The notes below the pieces were generated by a model that did no database searches, was not told where the DNA came from, and saw nothing but the letters and a program-made list of their open reading frames with translations. This document shows, piece after piece, positions 1 to 8,293 of a stretch of 64,000 nt of DNA. The stretch comes from Pseudomonadota bacterium. GTDB taxonomy: Bacteria; Pseudomonadota; Gammaproteobacteria; Pseudomonadales; JAUIET01. The position numbers and the translations under genes are program-made. Numbering within the stretch: the stretch's first letter is position 1; each line of letters begins with the position of its first letter. The stretch lies in assembly GCA_039111475.1 (NCBI GenBank), contig JBCCIP010000020.1:6593-70592 (forward strand), read 5' to 3'.

Positions 1-1
1 G

Positions 2-46
2 GTGATCGAGGAACTTAGTACACGATTTACAAAGCCCGGTGACTAA
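2..46 (+). CDS. Possible 3' end of an upstream gene cut by the window edge
   Basis: Open frame from the window start (VIEELSTRFTKPGD) ending in TAA at 44-46. Too short to identify. Confidence 0.3.
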   Translation: MIEELSTRFTKPGD

Positions 47-160
47 CCAAACCGCAAGCTTCAGGGCACCTAAACGCGTTTTAGCAGCAAAATATTGATG
101 GTAGTATCGCGTTATTCGTTTACTCAATACACAAAGAAATAATCAAGGGAGTACCGGACC

Positions 161-2569
161 ATGCGTTTTAAACCGTCACTACTGACATGCGCGCTTTGCG
201 CTATCGCCACATCTTCTCCGGCCAATGCCCAGGAAACCCTGGCACTGGAAGAGATTATTGTCACGTCACAAAAGCGTGTTGAATCGCTTCAGGACACTCC
301 CATTTCTGTAGCCGCTTTTGGCCAGCAAGAATTGCAGGCGATTGGTGCTTTTGAAGCAGGCCAAGTTGCGGAATACACGGCGAACCTGACGATTGACCGT
401 CAGCCATCCTCACTGGACAACTATGGCTACAGCATTCGGGGTATTGGTAGTGGTGAAACATCATTGCTGGTTGAAAACACCGTTGGGGTGTATATCGACG
501 GAGTCTATATTGCGCGTAATACGGGCGCCACTTTTGACATTGTTGACCTCGAACGAATAGAAGTACTGCGCGGCCCTCAGGGCACCTTGTATGGCCGTAA
601 CACGATTGGCGGCGCGATCAATATCATCACTGCAAAACCGAAGGAAGAATTTGGTTTTAATCAGCATCTGAGTTTTGGTCGTAGGAGCTTTATACGCAGT
701 AAAACGACGCTGGACACAGGCCTTCTAGGCGACATGTTTTCTGCAAAGCTGACCTATAATTTCAACGAAAAAGACGGTCTGGTTAGAAATACGGTGCACA
801 ACAATCAGTTGGGAGAACAGGAGTCTGATGCCTATCGCATCGCGCTCAGGCTCAGCCCTTCTGACACGTTCACCGCGGACTATACCTACGACAAATCTGA
901 GAGACTGAGCAATGCGGCGCTGTCGCAAATAGTGGCAACGCGTGCGCCAAATAACCAGCTCGGTGGTGCCATCACACAAGCGGCTACTGCATTCGCTAGT
1001 CAGGAGCGGTTGGGGGCACTTCCCATGGCCAATGCGCCGGGTAAAGACACCTTTTCCGATATTGAAATGCATACAGTCACCCTGGAATGGCAAGCAACGG
1101 ACAATCTGACTATCAAATACGTGGGCGCGCAACGAGAGTGGGACAGCGGTACTACCGGAACTGACTTTGGTTCGTTCGCGTCTGATGGCGCAACAGTTCT
1201 GGAAGACGCTACCGTAGCCCCAGGCACCCTTGTACCCGCTGGGGAACTCAGGTCAGTGTTTCTTGCAGAACGTCAAAGCGACAACGAGCAAACCACGCAT
1301 GAGTTGCAATTCCTGGGCAATGCAATGGATGGGAAATTGCAATTTGCGACAGGTATTTATTACTTCGAAGAAGAAAGCAATGAGGTCAATCCGCAGTCAT
1401 TTATTTTGCCGGCCATATTTGCATACGGCTCTCTTCCAGCGGGCACTCAAGCGTTTCTGTGCGCCGATTTCACCAGCCCTGCTCCTTGTTTCGGCAAGGA
1501 CGCACAACTAAGCACGCCAGTTTTTGAATATGGCTCAGAAAACGATTCCATTGCGCTGTACGGGCAATTCACCTACGCCTTATCTGATGCATTAGACCTT
1601 ACCGTTGGATTGCGATACACAGAAGACGAAAAGTACGCCTACCTCCGCAACTCGAGAATTACCGATGCGATGGGTAATATCACTATGAATGAAGCTGACG
1701 ACGATTGGAGCAATGTCAGCGGCGGCATAACACTAAACTACGCGTGGAATGACGACGTGATGACGTACGTCACGGTTGCCAACGGCTATCGTTCTGGTGG
1801 CTTCGGCGCTAGATCAACCAGCCTCGCAGACTTTCAGCTTGGCTTTGACGAAGAGACGGTGACCAACTATGAAATTGGTATCAAGTCTGAATGGGCAGAC
1901 AGTCGTATTCGTCTGAACGGTGCGATCTTCTTCATGGATTATGAAGACGCGCAAGTAAACAGCTTCCGAGCTGGCGAAGGTGGCGCTTCATCGGTCACCC
2001 TGAACGCGGGTGCGCTGGACATACAAGGTCTTGAGCTGGAATTGACTGCACAAGTTACCCAAGGTCTGCGCTTGATGTTCAACTACGGCTACACCGATGC
2101 AGAGTACACAGAGTTTATAACACAACGTCTCGACCCGGCCACAGGTTTACCTAACCCCAGTGCCAATGCTGACCCGGTGACCGGTAACGAAGACATTTCA
2201 GATTTTGCGACTGTTGGCAGATCACCAGACAACAACATGTCGTTTATCGCATCGTATGACGTGCCTGGCATCTCCTTTGGTAACCTCAACCTGAGAGCTG
2301 AAGTGACATACCGCGACGAGATGGTTTTCCACCCGCAGCTCAACATGTTTGATAGTACCGACGACCAAACACTGGTTCACGCACGCGTAAGCTTGTCTGA
2401 GCTTGAAGTTCTAGGTGGCAATCTGGTGGTTGCTGCCTGGGGTCGTAACCTGACGGACGAAGATTATCGCGAATGGGGCATCGACTTCGGAACTCTGGGC
2501 TTCGCGGTAGATTCGTTTAAAGAAAAGCGTAGCTACGGCATTGATTTGATTTATAGCTTCGGTAGTTAA
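161..2569 (+). CDS. TonB-dependent outer membrane receptor
   Basis: Signal peptide; TonB-box region LEEIIVTSQKR; plug motifs VGVYIDGVY and ERIEVLRGPQGTLYGRNTIGGAINIIT; beta-barrel C-terminus RSYGIDLIYSF; RBS-like GGGAG upstream. Confidence 0.95.
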   Translation: MRFKPSLLTCALCAIATSSPANAQETLALEEIIVTSQKRVESLQDTPISVAAFGQQELQAIGAFEAGQVAEYTANLTIDRQPSSLDNYGYSIRGIGSGETSLLVENTVGVYIDGVYIARNTGATFDIVDLERIEVLRGPQGTLYGRNTIGGAINIITAKPKEEFGFNQHLSFGRRSFIRSKTTLDTGLLGDMFSAKLTYNFNEKDGLVRNTVHNNQLGEQESDAYRIALRLSPSDTFTADYTYDKSERLSNAALSQIVATRAPNNQLGGAITQAATAFASQERLGALPMANAPGKDTFSDIEMHTVTLEWQATDNLTIKYVGAQREWDSGTTGTDFGSFASDGATVLEDATVAPGTLVPAGELRSVFLAERQSDNEQTTHELQFLGNAMDGKLQFATGIYYFEEESNEVNPQSFILPAIFAYGSLPAGTQAFLCADFTSPAPCFGKDAQLSTPVFEYGSENDSIALYGQFTYALSDALDLTVGLRYTEDEKYAYLRNSRITDAMGNITMNEADDDWSNVSGGITLNYAWNDDVMTYVTVANGYRSGGFGARSTSLADFQLGFDEETVTNYEIGIKSEWADSRIRLNGAIFFMDYEDAQVNSFRAGEGGASSVTLNAGALDIQGLELELTAQVTQGLRLMFNYGYTDAEYTEFITQRLDPATGLPNPSANADPVTGNEDISDFATVGRSPDNNMSFIASYDVPGISFGNLNLRAEVTYRDEMVFHPQLNMFDSTDDQTLVHARVSLSELEVLGGNLVVAAWGRNLTDEDYREWGIDFGTLGFAVDSFKEKRSYGIDLIYSFGS

Positions 2570-2633
2570 GCAATAGTAGCCTTGTTAGGTAGAAGTTTCC
2601 GAAAATAAACGCTGTCACTGGCGGCAGAACATC

Positions 2634-2671
2634 AGGCCTTAACCAGTGCTGAAGAGCATTGGCTAAGGCCT
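2634..2671. terminator. Hairpin between convergent genes, probable terminator
   Basis: AGGCCTTAACCAGTGCT-GAAG-AGCATTGGCTAAGGCCT with 15/17 complementary arms, followed by TCGTTTT on the + strand. Confidence 0.65.
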
Positions 2672-2706
2672 TCGTTTTGCCTGTATTAAACAGGCCTGAA
2701 AGTTGC

Positions 2707-4002
2707 CTAAAATGGCACCCAGCTGCCGTGAAAGCCCATTGGTACACGGGCTGGCAACATGATTCGCGCTAGCGGTTCTGAGTGCATCGACGCGGCATCT
2801 AAAATTATGACTTCTGATGCCTGCCTCGCATTATCGTATACATACGCTAACAACCAGCCATCATCTTCGCTAGTACCAGCCGGGTTCTTTACGAAAACCG
2901 CTTCGCTGCCTTCGCGGCCTTCTCCCAGCTCTGCAACCACTGAACTCATCGAATCAAAATCATACTTGATGTAACGCTCAGCATAAGGCACTAAGCCAGC
3001 CAGACCCGCTAAAAAACCGTAGCGGTGCTTAACGCCAACTTTCGAATCACAAACACGTGGAAACTCTACCGATCTATCATCAAGAGGTGTTTCACGGACC
3101 AAGCCTGCCTTTTTATCAATAACCCAGCGATGCAACAAAGCTGCAGCATCAAGGTCAGCCTTTCTGCAAACATCGATAACAATCGTATCGTCTTCTTCAT
3201 AGGCGTTTAGCGGGTGGAATACATAGCAGGGATCAATGTCATACCAAACTACATCATCATTACTTCCGGTTCGTGGCATGACGCCCAGACGCGCTCCGTA
3301 TGAGCGGTCAAATTTCAGCGGCAAACCTGCATCCATATTGTCTAGGTCCCACAGTGCTGGCAAATCCATCCAGATAACGTGGTTCTCAGTAATATTGAAG
3401 TCGTGCATCATGGTGCCACTGGGCACGCTAATTTCTTCCGTTTGAATCAATTCACCGCCCGCTGACACGCGATGATACGTTAGATAGGGTGGGAACAAAC
3501 CGTAGGCAAAAAACATCATTTCGCCGGTCAGTGAGCAAACCTTGGGGTGGGCCGTCATTGGTGTGGCGAGCTTCCCGGCAAAATCATAGGCACCTACCGT
3601 ATCCAACTCAGTGGACATTTCGAACGGCAAATGAGCTTCTTCCAGCGCCAGAATTTTCCCAGCATGGTGAATAACGTGGGTGTTTGCAGCCGACGCTCGC
3701 GGATCCATTAGCGCTCCCATGGCATCGGCATTTGGGTCTGCATAAAGCGGCGTTTGAACATAACGATTACGGTACCAGTTTGCTCCGCCATCGGCCAACT
3801 CAACGCCGTGAATCATGCCGTTGCCCAAAAACCAGTGGTCTGACCAACCTGTTTGAGGGTTTGGGCCATTACGCAGAAAACGCCCATTCAACGCCGACGG
3901 AATTTCCCCCTCTACTTGCAAAGAGGTGTCGTTAAGTTCCTCAAACGTGGGTGCAAAATTATCTTTCAGGTAAAAAGGTTTCGTTTCTTCAATCTGGTTC
4001 AT
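2707..4002 (-). CDS. Carotenoid oxygenase family dioxygenase (RPE65/lignostilbene dioxygenase-like)
   Basis: GEIPSALNGRFLRNGPNP; four Fe-binding His in TAHPK, MMHDF, VFHPLN and GFHGSW; EFPR and EDDGWLL motifs. Confidence 0.93.
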   Translation of the reverse strand: MNQIEETKPFYLKDNFAPTFEELNDTSLQVEGEIPSALNGRFLRNGPNPQTGWSDHWFLGNGMIHGVELADGGANWYRNRYVQTPLYADPNADAMGALMDPRASAANTHVIHHAGKILALEEAHLPFEMSTELDTVGAYDFAGKLATPMTAHPKVCSLTGEMMFFAYGLFPPYLTYHRVSAGGELIQTEEISVPSGTMMHDFNITENHVIWMDLPALWDLDNMDAGLPLKFDRSYGARLGVMPRTGSNDDVVWYDIDPCYVFHPLNAYEEDDTIVIDVCRKADLDAAALLHRWVIDKKAGLVRETPLDDRSVEFPRVCDSKVGVKHRYGFLAGLAGLVPYAERYIKYDFDSMSSVVAELGEGREGSEAVFVKNPAGTSEDDGWLLAYVYDNARQASEVIILDAASMHSEPLARIMLPARVPMGFHGSWVPF

Positions 4003-4077
4003 AAGGCCTCCGTGATCTCAGGGGCTACTTTACCATGTAGTGGCTGGCTGAATGCAGAAAGCCAGTATGTAGCGCTC

Positions 4078-5307
4078 TCACTCCGAATCGACACTTGGCA
4101 TTGAATCATCGAACCGCCCTGCTTCGGCTCTATTCTTGGCACCCGCTTGTTCTGCGACACAATTGTCATCCAGAGTATCCAGACGCAATCCCACATGCTG
4201 GTAGACGGGTCGTCCAGCGTCGCTAAGCCCGCGTAATCTCGCGGCAAGGGCGTGTTTTTTGCTCACTTGATGCGGTTGGAAATGGTCATAATCTCGCGGG
4301 GTATGAATTTTTCCGGCCACCAGATCACCTGCACTTATTGCGGACTCATACAGCTTTTGGCCAGCAGGGGTTCGGGTAATTACCCCATTAAAGCCCTGGT
4401 CTTCGCTCTTGGGTGATCCACCAGGCCAAATATCGGCAGCCGCTATATCAGCTGCTTCACCGTTCGCATCAGGACAGATTTTGCAGCGTGGCTGTATTCT
4501 CCAACTGCCTTCGTCTTTCCATAATTCTTGATAAGTTTTCTCAAAAACACGACCGTCTTTAGTCTCAACGCGGGTTAGGCCAGGGTTTCCAAAACCCCGA
4601 TAGCGAAACAGCTTAAGCTCGCTTTCACGAAGCCCGAATTCATCCAGCAAACTTTGTGACTTGCCCAGGTCCGAGGCACCACCGCATACCATTACCAGAA
4701 GTGCAACCATGCTGCTATCGATACGCGGGTCCTTAACGGCTCGAGCTCTTACAGCGCCGGCATCGCAGGGCTTGGCGATAATGGCAAATTTTTGCTGTCG
4801 TGCTAAAGCAAACTCTAGCCCGGCCAGTGTATCGGATGGCCCGTAGCGCGAACCAGCGCGGGCAACCACTTGCTCCGGAGTTTCGCTGATGCACCAGCGG
4901 GTACGCATTGCTTGTTCAGTGTCTGCTTCACAATGCAAGATGAAACTCGCTTTGCCAGATTTGAGCAGATGCACACCGAGAGCTGTTAATACTCCGCCGG
5001 TGGCCGCGCGATATCTAATGTCCGGGTTGCCCGCCCACGCTTCACCCATATGACTGTAGCTACCCCAAAGTTCATCGGTTTTGGCACCCTCGGAATGCGC
5101 GCTGGCATACGCTCCCGGACAGGCCGAAAGAATATCCTGGTCTTGACAGCGTTCCTCGCTTATTAGCGCGGCAGGCCGTAAACGGCCATATTTGTTGATC
5201 GCCATTTTCCAACGATCTGGTGCCAGTGCTTCGCACAGTCCGCAACCGATGCATAGGCCATTTTCAACCACGTCGCGTATGGAATTGGGATGTCTTGTCT
5301 CTTTCAT
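4078..5307 (-). CDS. FrhB/FdhB family (F420 hydrogenase beta subunit-like) Fe-S flavoprotein with N-terminal ferredoxin motif
   Basis: LCIGCGLCEA...CP; AATGGVLT; GSRYGP; KPCD; MVCGG; PRCKICPD; ADIAAADIW. Confidence 0.85.
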   Translation of the reverse strand: MKETRHPNSIRDVVENGLCIGCGLCEALAPDRWKMAINKYGRLRPAALISEERCQDQDILSACPGAYASAHSEGAKTDELWGSYSHMGEAWAGNPDIRYRAATGGVLTALGVHLLKSGKASFILHCEADTEQAMRTRWCISETPEQVVARAGSRYGPSDTLAGLEFALARQQKFAIIAKPCDAGAVRARAVKDPRIDSSMVALLVMVCGGASDLGKSQSLLDEFGLRESELKLFRYRGFGNPGLTRVETKDGRVFEKTYQELWKDEGSWRIQPRCKICPDANGEAADIAAADIWPGGSPKSEDQGFNGVITRTPAGQKLYESAISAGDLVAGKIHTPRDYDHFQPHQVSKKHALAARLRGLSDAGRPVYQHVGLRLDTLDDNCVAEQAGAKNRAEAGRFDDSMPSVDSE

Positions 5308-5425
5308 ATTGCTCTGACCTTAAATCTGCAGGAGGTTTCAGAATCACTGCTTCCTTGCTATCTTAGCGCACGCACGTTAAATGCCTTCAAGGCTTTAGCT
5401 ACTTCCAATGTAACAAGGAACCACC

Positions 5426-5815
5426 ATGAACGAACGTTATTTTGACCAGGGCCTTGCCAAGCGCAAGGCAACACTGGGTGCCGAGTACGTAGAAAAGAAT
5501 CTCGCTGCAGCTGATGCGCTAACGCGAGAGTTTCAGGAAGCCATGACTGGCTGGTGTTGGGGATTTGGCTGGGGTGACGATGCCATTGACGTTAAAACTC
5601 GCAGCCTAATGAACCTTTCCATGATCGGCGCACTGGGAAAAATGCACGAATGGGAATTGCATTGTCGTGGCGCCATTACCAACGGTTGCACTTTCGAAGA
5701 AATTCGCGCTACCGTGCATGTCATTGGTATCTACTGCGGCGTACCTCAGGCTCTAGAGTGTTTCAGGGTTGCCAGGAAGGTACTGGAAGAAAACGATATG
5801 ATTCCTGATCAGTAA
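5426..5815 (+). CDS. Carboxymuconolactone decarboxylase family protein
   Basis: GLAKRKATLGAEYV; CWGFGW; KTRSLMNLSM; LHCRGAITNG; IYCGVP; RBS AAGGAA. Confidence 0.88.
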   Translation: MNERYFDQGLAKRKATLGAEYVEKNLAAADALTREFQEAMTGWCWGFGWGDDAIDVKTRSLMNLSMIGALGKMHEWELHCRGAITNGCTFEEIRATVHVIGIYCGVPQALECFRVARKVLEENDMIPDQ

Positions 5816-5825
5816 CAGGTGTTGG

Positions 5826-6668
5826 TCAGCGGCCTTTAAAAACGGCTTCGCGTCGCTCCAATCGCGCTGTGAGTCCTTCGGCGAAATCATCAGAGCGAAA
5901 CAAGCGATTGAGCGCCTCGTTCTCAAGATCCAGCGCTTGCTCAAACATGGTGAGATGAGGCGCATGCACAACACGCTTCATCTCACGTATGGACAGGCCA
6001 GGTCCGGCCGGCGGAATCAACTGCAGGGCTTTGCCTCTCGTGTATTCGAGCAGCTCGCCATGGGGTAACATTTTATTGGCAATGCCAAGCTCCACTGCTT
6101 GCTCGGCTGAGATTCTCTCGGGGAAAAACAGTAGCTCTTTTGCTTTTTGAAAACCGAGTAACCGCGGTAAAAGAAACGTAGAGGATAGCTCTGCAGCGAT
6201 ACCTAATTTCGCAAACGGCATCTGTATCCAGGCGTGTTCTGACATATAGATTTGATCGGCTGCCGCTAAACAAAGCGTGAAGCCGCCACCTATCGCCAGA
6301 CCGTTTACGGCCGCCAGGACTGGCTTGTCGCAGCGAAGAAACTTCATGGTTGTGCGCTTTTGGGCGATGTCGTTGAGATCAATGTCATCAAGTATTTCTT
6401 GCGATAATCCTTCCATTGCATCCGGACTGAAATAACCACCACTGCTGAACGCTTCTTTCTCTGGAGTGCTTGAGCCGGTATCGACTGCACCGGTCATTAT
6501 CATGACATGCGCGTCGTCATCGGATTGAAAATACTCAACGGCGTAGAATATTTCAAGAAAGCTAACGGCACTGAGCGCGTTCTTTCGTTCGGGTCTGTTA
6601 AGCATTAACGTCGCCACACCGGAGGCATCTACTGAGTAGTTAATGTCTTTAAACTCGCTGGCGTTCAT
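5826..6668 (-). CDS. Enoyl-CoA hydratase/isomerase (crotonase) family protein
   Basis: LNRPERKNAL; AFSSGG; KPVLAAVNGLAIGGG; PFAKLGIAAE; SDDFAEG...F.GR C-terminus. Confidence 0.92.
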   Translation of the reverse strand: MNASEFKDINYSVDASGVATLMLNRPERKNALSAVSFLEIFYAVEYFQSDDDAHVMIMTGAVDTGSSTPEKEAFSSGGYFSPDAMEGLSQEILDDIDLNDIAQKRTTMKFLRCDKPVLAAVNGLAIGGGFTLCLAAADQIYMSEHAWIQMPFAKLGIAAELSSTFLLPRLLGFQKAKELLFFPERISAEQAVELGIANKMLPHGELLEYTRGKALQLIPPAGPGLSIREMKRVVHAPHLTMFEQALDLENEALNRLFRSDDFAEGLTARLERREAVFKGR

Positions 6669-6831
6669 TGGCGCTGCTCTCCCGTTACCCGATAAAACGA
6701 TGAAGTAAGCCGTAGCTCAATCGACGCATTATGTCAGCTCCGCAGCGTTATTTGAACGACTAAGAGCGCAGCTATGAAACAGCAAACCGGCCAGCAACGC
6801 TTCTGATTGTCAAATTATTTTTAACATACAG

Positions 6832-6859
6832 TTGACGGATCGAAATTTGGCGTTAGAAT
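6832..6859 (+). promoter_or_regulatory. Putative sigma70 promoter for the 7127 operon leader
   Basis: TTGACG (6832-6837), 16-bp spacer, TAGAAT (6854-6859). Confidence 0.6.
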
Positions 6860-6900
6860 TGCCGGCCCAGAATAACTGGGCATTAAATTTACACAGAGTT

Positions 6901-6984
6901 ATGCGTGAGAAAAGTGTGACAAGAATATTTTTAGTTTTATCTAGAAAGGGCAATGGAAACATTGCGCTAAACAGTCTGCTCTAA
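6901..6984 (+). CDS. Candidate leader peptide (27 aa, MREKSVTRIFLVLSRKGNGNIALNSLL)
   Basis: Short ORF between the promoter and the leader terminator. An alternative mini-ORF METLR* lies at 6953-6970 behind AGAAAGGG. Confidence 0.35.
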   Translation: MREKSVTRIFLVLSRKGNGNIALNSLL

Positions 6985-7028
6985 CAAGTTTTCTTGCAGG
7001 GCAGTAATGCCTTGCATGCCGGAATCGT

Positions 7029-7069
7029 AAACCCCTGGCTAGCAACGCTATCCGGGGGTTTTTGGTTTT
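7029..7069 (+). terminator. Intrinsic terminator in a 5' leader (attenuator-like)
   Basis: AAACCCCTGG-C-TAGC-AAC-GCTA-T-CCGGGGGTTT followed by TTGGTTTT, about 60 nt before the ATG at 7127. No long + strand gene lies upstream for it to terminate. Confidence 0.75.
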
Positions 7070-7126
7070 GCGCCAGCGATATGTTGCTGCCAATCAATAC
7101 CGCCACCAAGTACGTGGAGTATCAAC

Positions 7127-8086
7127 ATGGATACTGGATTGGTTTATGAAATAATTGACTGCCTGCCGCAGGAACGCACTTTGTATTACTATTTCAAAGA
7201 TCGTTACGCGTTTTACCTGTTAGGCAGACTACTACGGCAGCGCAAATGCGAAGCGGTTCGCGATATTCGCAGCAGCAGCGCAGATCAGCTATTGCAAAAA
7301 CCAGCGGTAAAACGCTTTCTTTCCGCCAAAGGCAACGGAATCGTTTCTGCTCAGGAAATGATGGACTACTGGCCATCCGGTGATGAAGAGCACGTCGAAA
7401 CCTATCGATTATCACTTGGTTGTTGGGGTCAGGATTACGCCCGTGACTATCGCTGGCAACAAACCAGCCGCCCGGGTGCAAACCTTGTGTTGCAATTAAA
7501 CTTCAACAGCCAGCACGATGCCAATTTCGAAAGCTGGACCGGAGTGGATGAGACCCAGTTCTTTAATTCCTGGGGACATCCGATTTCCACACGATGCAAG
7601 AACACGCTTGCCTGGGCACGCATGGACGTGGATTTCCAGAGTGACACAGTTCTGATTGAAGAAATTCAGACAGATTGGCTGCGAGAAGTTACCTGGGCTG
7701 CCAACTATGTGCGCCGGCATAAGGACAAGCACGCCGAAGTTGAATATTACGGCCTCAAACTGCGTGGCAGAGGCTTATTGAGTTATCAGCAACTCGAGGC
7801 AAAACGCCATCAGCGCATATGGGCTGAGGCGATGCTTACTGCGAGCTTGTGGTTCATTCACGAAGAGCTGGGCATTAAGCGCGTTTATTACCACAGCGCC
7901 ACAACAGGTGCTGTGCTGAAGAATATTCGCCACCGCAAGCCCCCGGTATCAATGTATACCGATCTGCCAAGGCGCTTTTGCTTCGAGAAAGACAGGGAAG
8001 GTCCCGGGTTTTTACACGAAGATAAACGTGCAAGGCGACGATTAAAGTGTATTAAACAGCCCCGATGGCACAAACTGGTTTTATAA
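7127..8086 (+). CDS. Hypothetical protein with LAWAR...IEEIQTDW motif (possible GNAT-like fold)
   Basis: 319-aa ORF with RBS GGAG and protein-like composition. The motif resembles the EEIQSDW domain of phage large polyvalent proteins (from memory). Confidence 0.75.
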   Translation: MDTGLVYEIIDCLPQERTLYYYFKDRYAFYLLGRLLRQRKCEAVRDIRSSSADQLLQKPAVKRFLSAKGNGIVSAQEMMDYWPSGDEEHVETYRLSLGCWGQDYARDYRWQQTSRPGANLVLQLNFNSQHDANFESWTGVDETQFFNSWGHPISTRCKNTLAWARMDVDFQSDTVLIEEIQTDWLREVTWAANYVRRHKDKHAEVEYYGLKLRGRGLLSYQQLEAKRHQRIWAEAMLTASLWFIHEELGIKRVYYHSATTGAVLKNIRHRKPPVSMYTDLPRRFCFEKDREGPGFLHEDKRARRRLKCIKQPRWHKLVL

Positions 8087-8095
8087 GGAGGACCT

Positions 8096-8242
8096 ATGAG
8101 CAAACCAAAGCTGAGAAATCGTCATGCCTGGAATCCGCTGATGCGCAAAGGTGGTGTGCACGAAAAATCGCGCAGTGCAAAGCGAGCAGAAGACAAGCGA
8201 AAGACTCGTGCACTGCTAAATAGCAGTTTGCACCCAAAATGA
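8096..8242 (+). CDS. Small basic protein, 48 aa (MSKPKLRNRHAWNPLMRKGGVHEKSRSAKRAEDKRKTRALLNSSLHPK), not in the ORF track
   Basis: Strong SD (AAGGAGG) overlapping the stop of the previous gene; ATG 8096, TGA 8240-8242; K/R-rich. Confidence 0.7.
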   Translation: MSKPKLRNRHAWNPLMRKGGVHEKSRSAKRAEDKRKTRALLNSSLHPK

Positions 8243-8246
8243 ATCT

Positions 8247-8279
8247 GGAGAGGGTAGTGTACATGGACGACCCTTTTCC
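8247..8279 (+). terminator. Hairpin directly after the small basic ORF
   Basis: GGAGAGGGT...ACCCTTTTCC imperfect stem with G-U pairs and no clear U tail. Confidence 0.35.
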
Positions 8280-8293
8280 GCGACAATGCGGCT

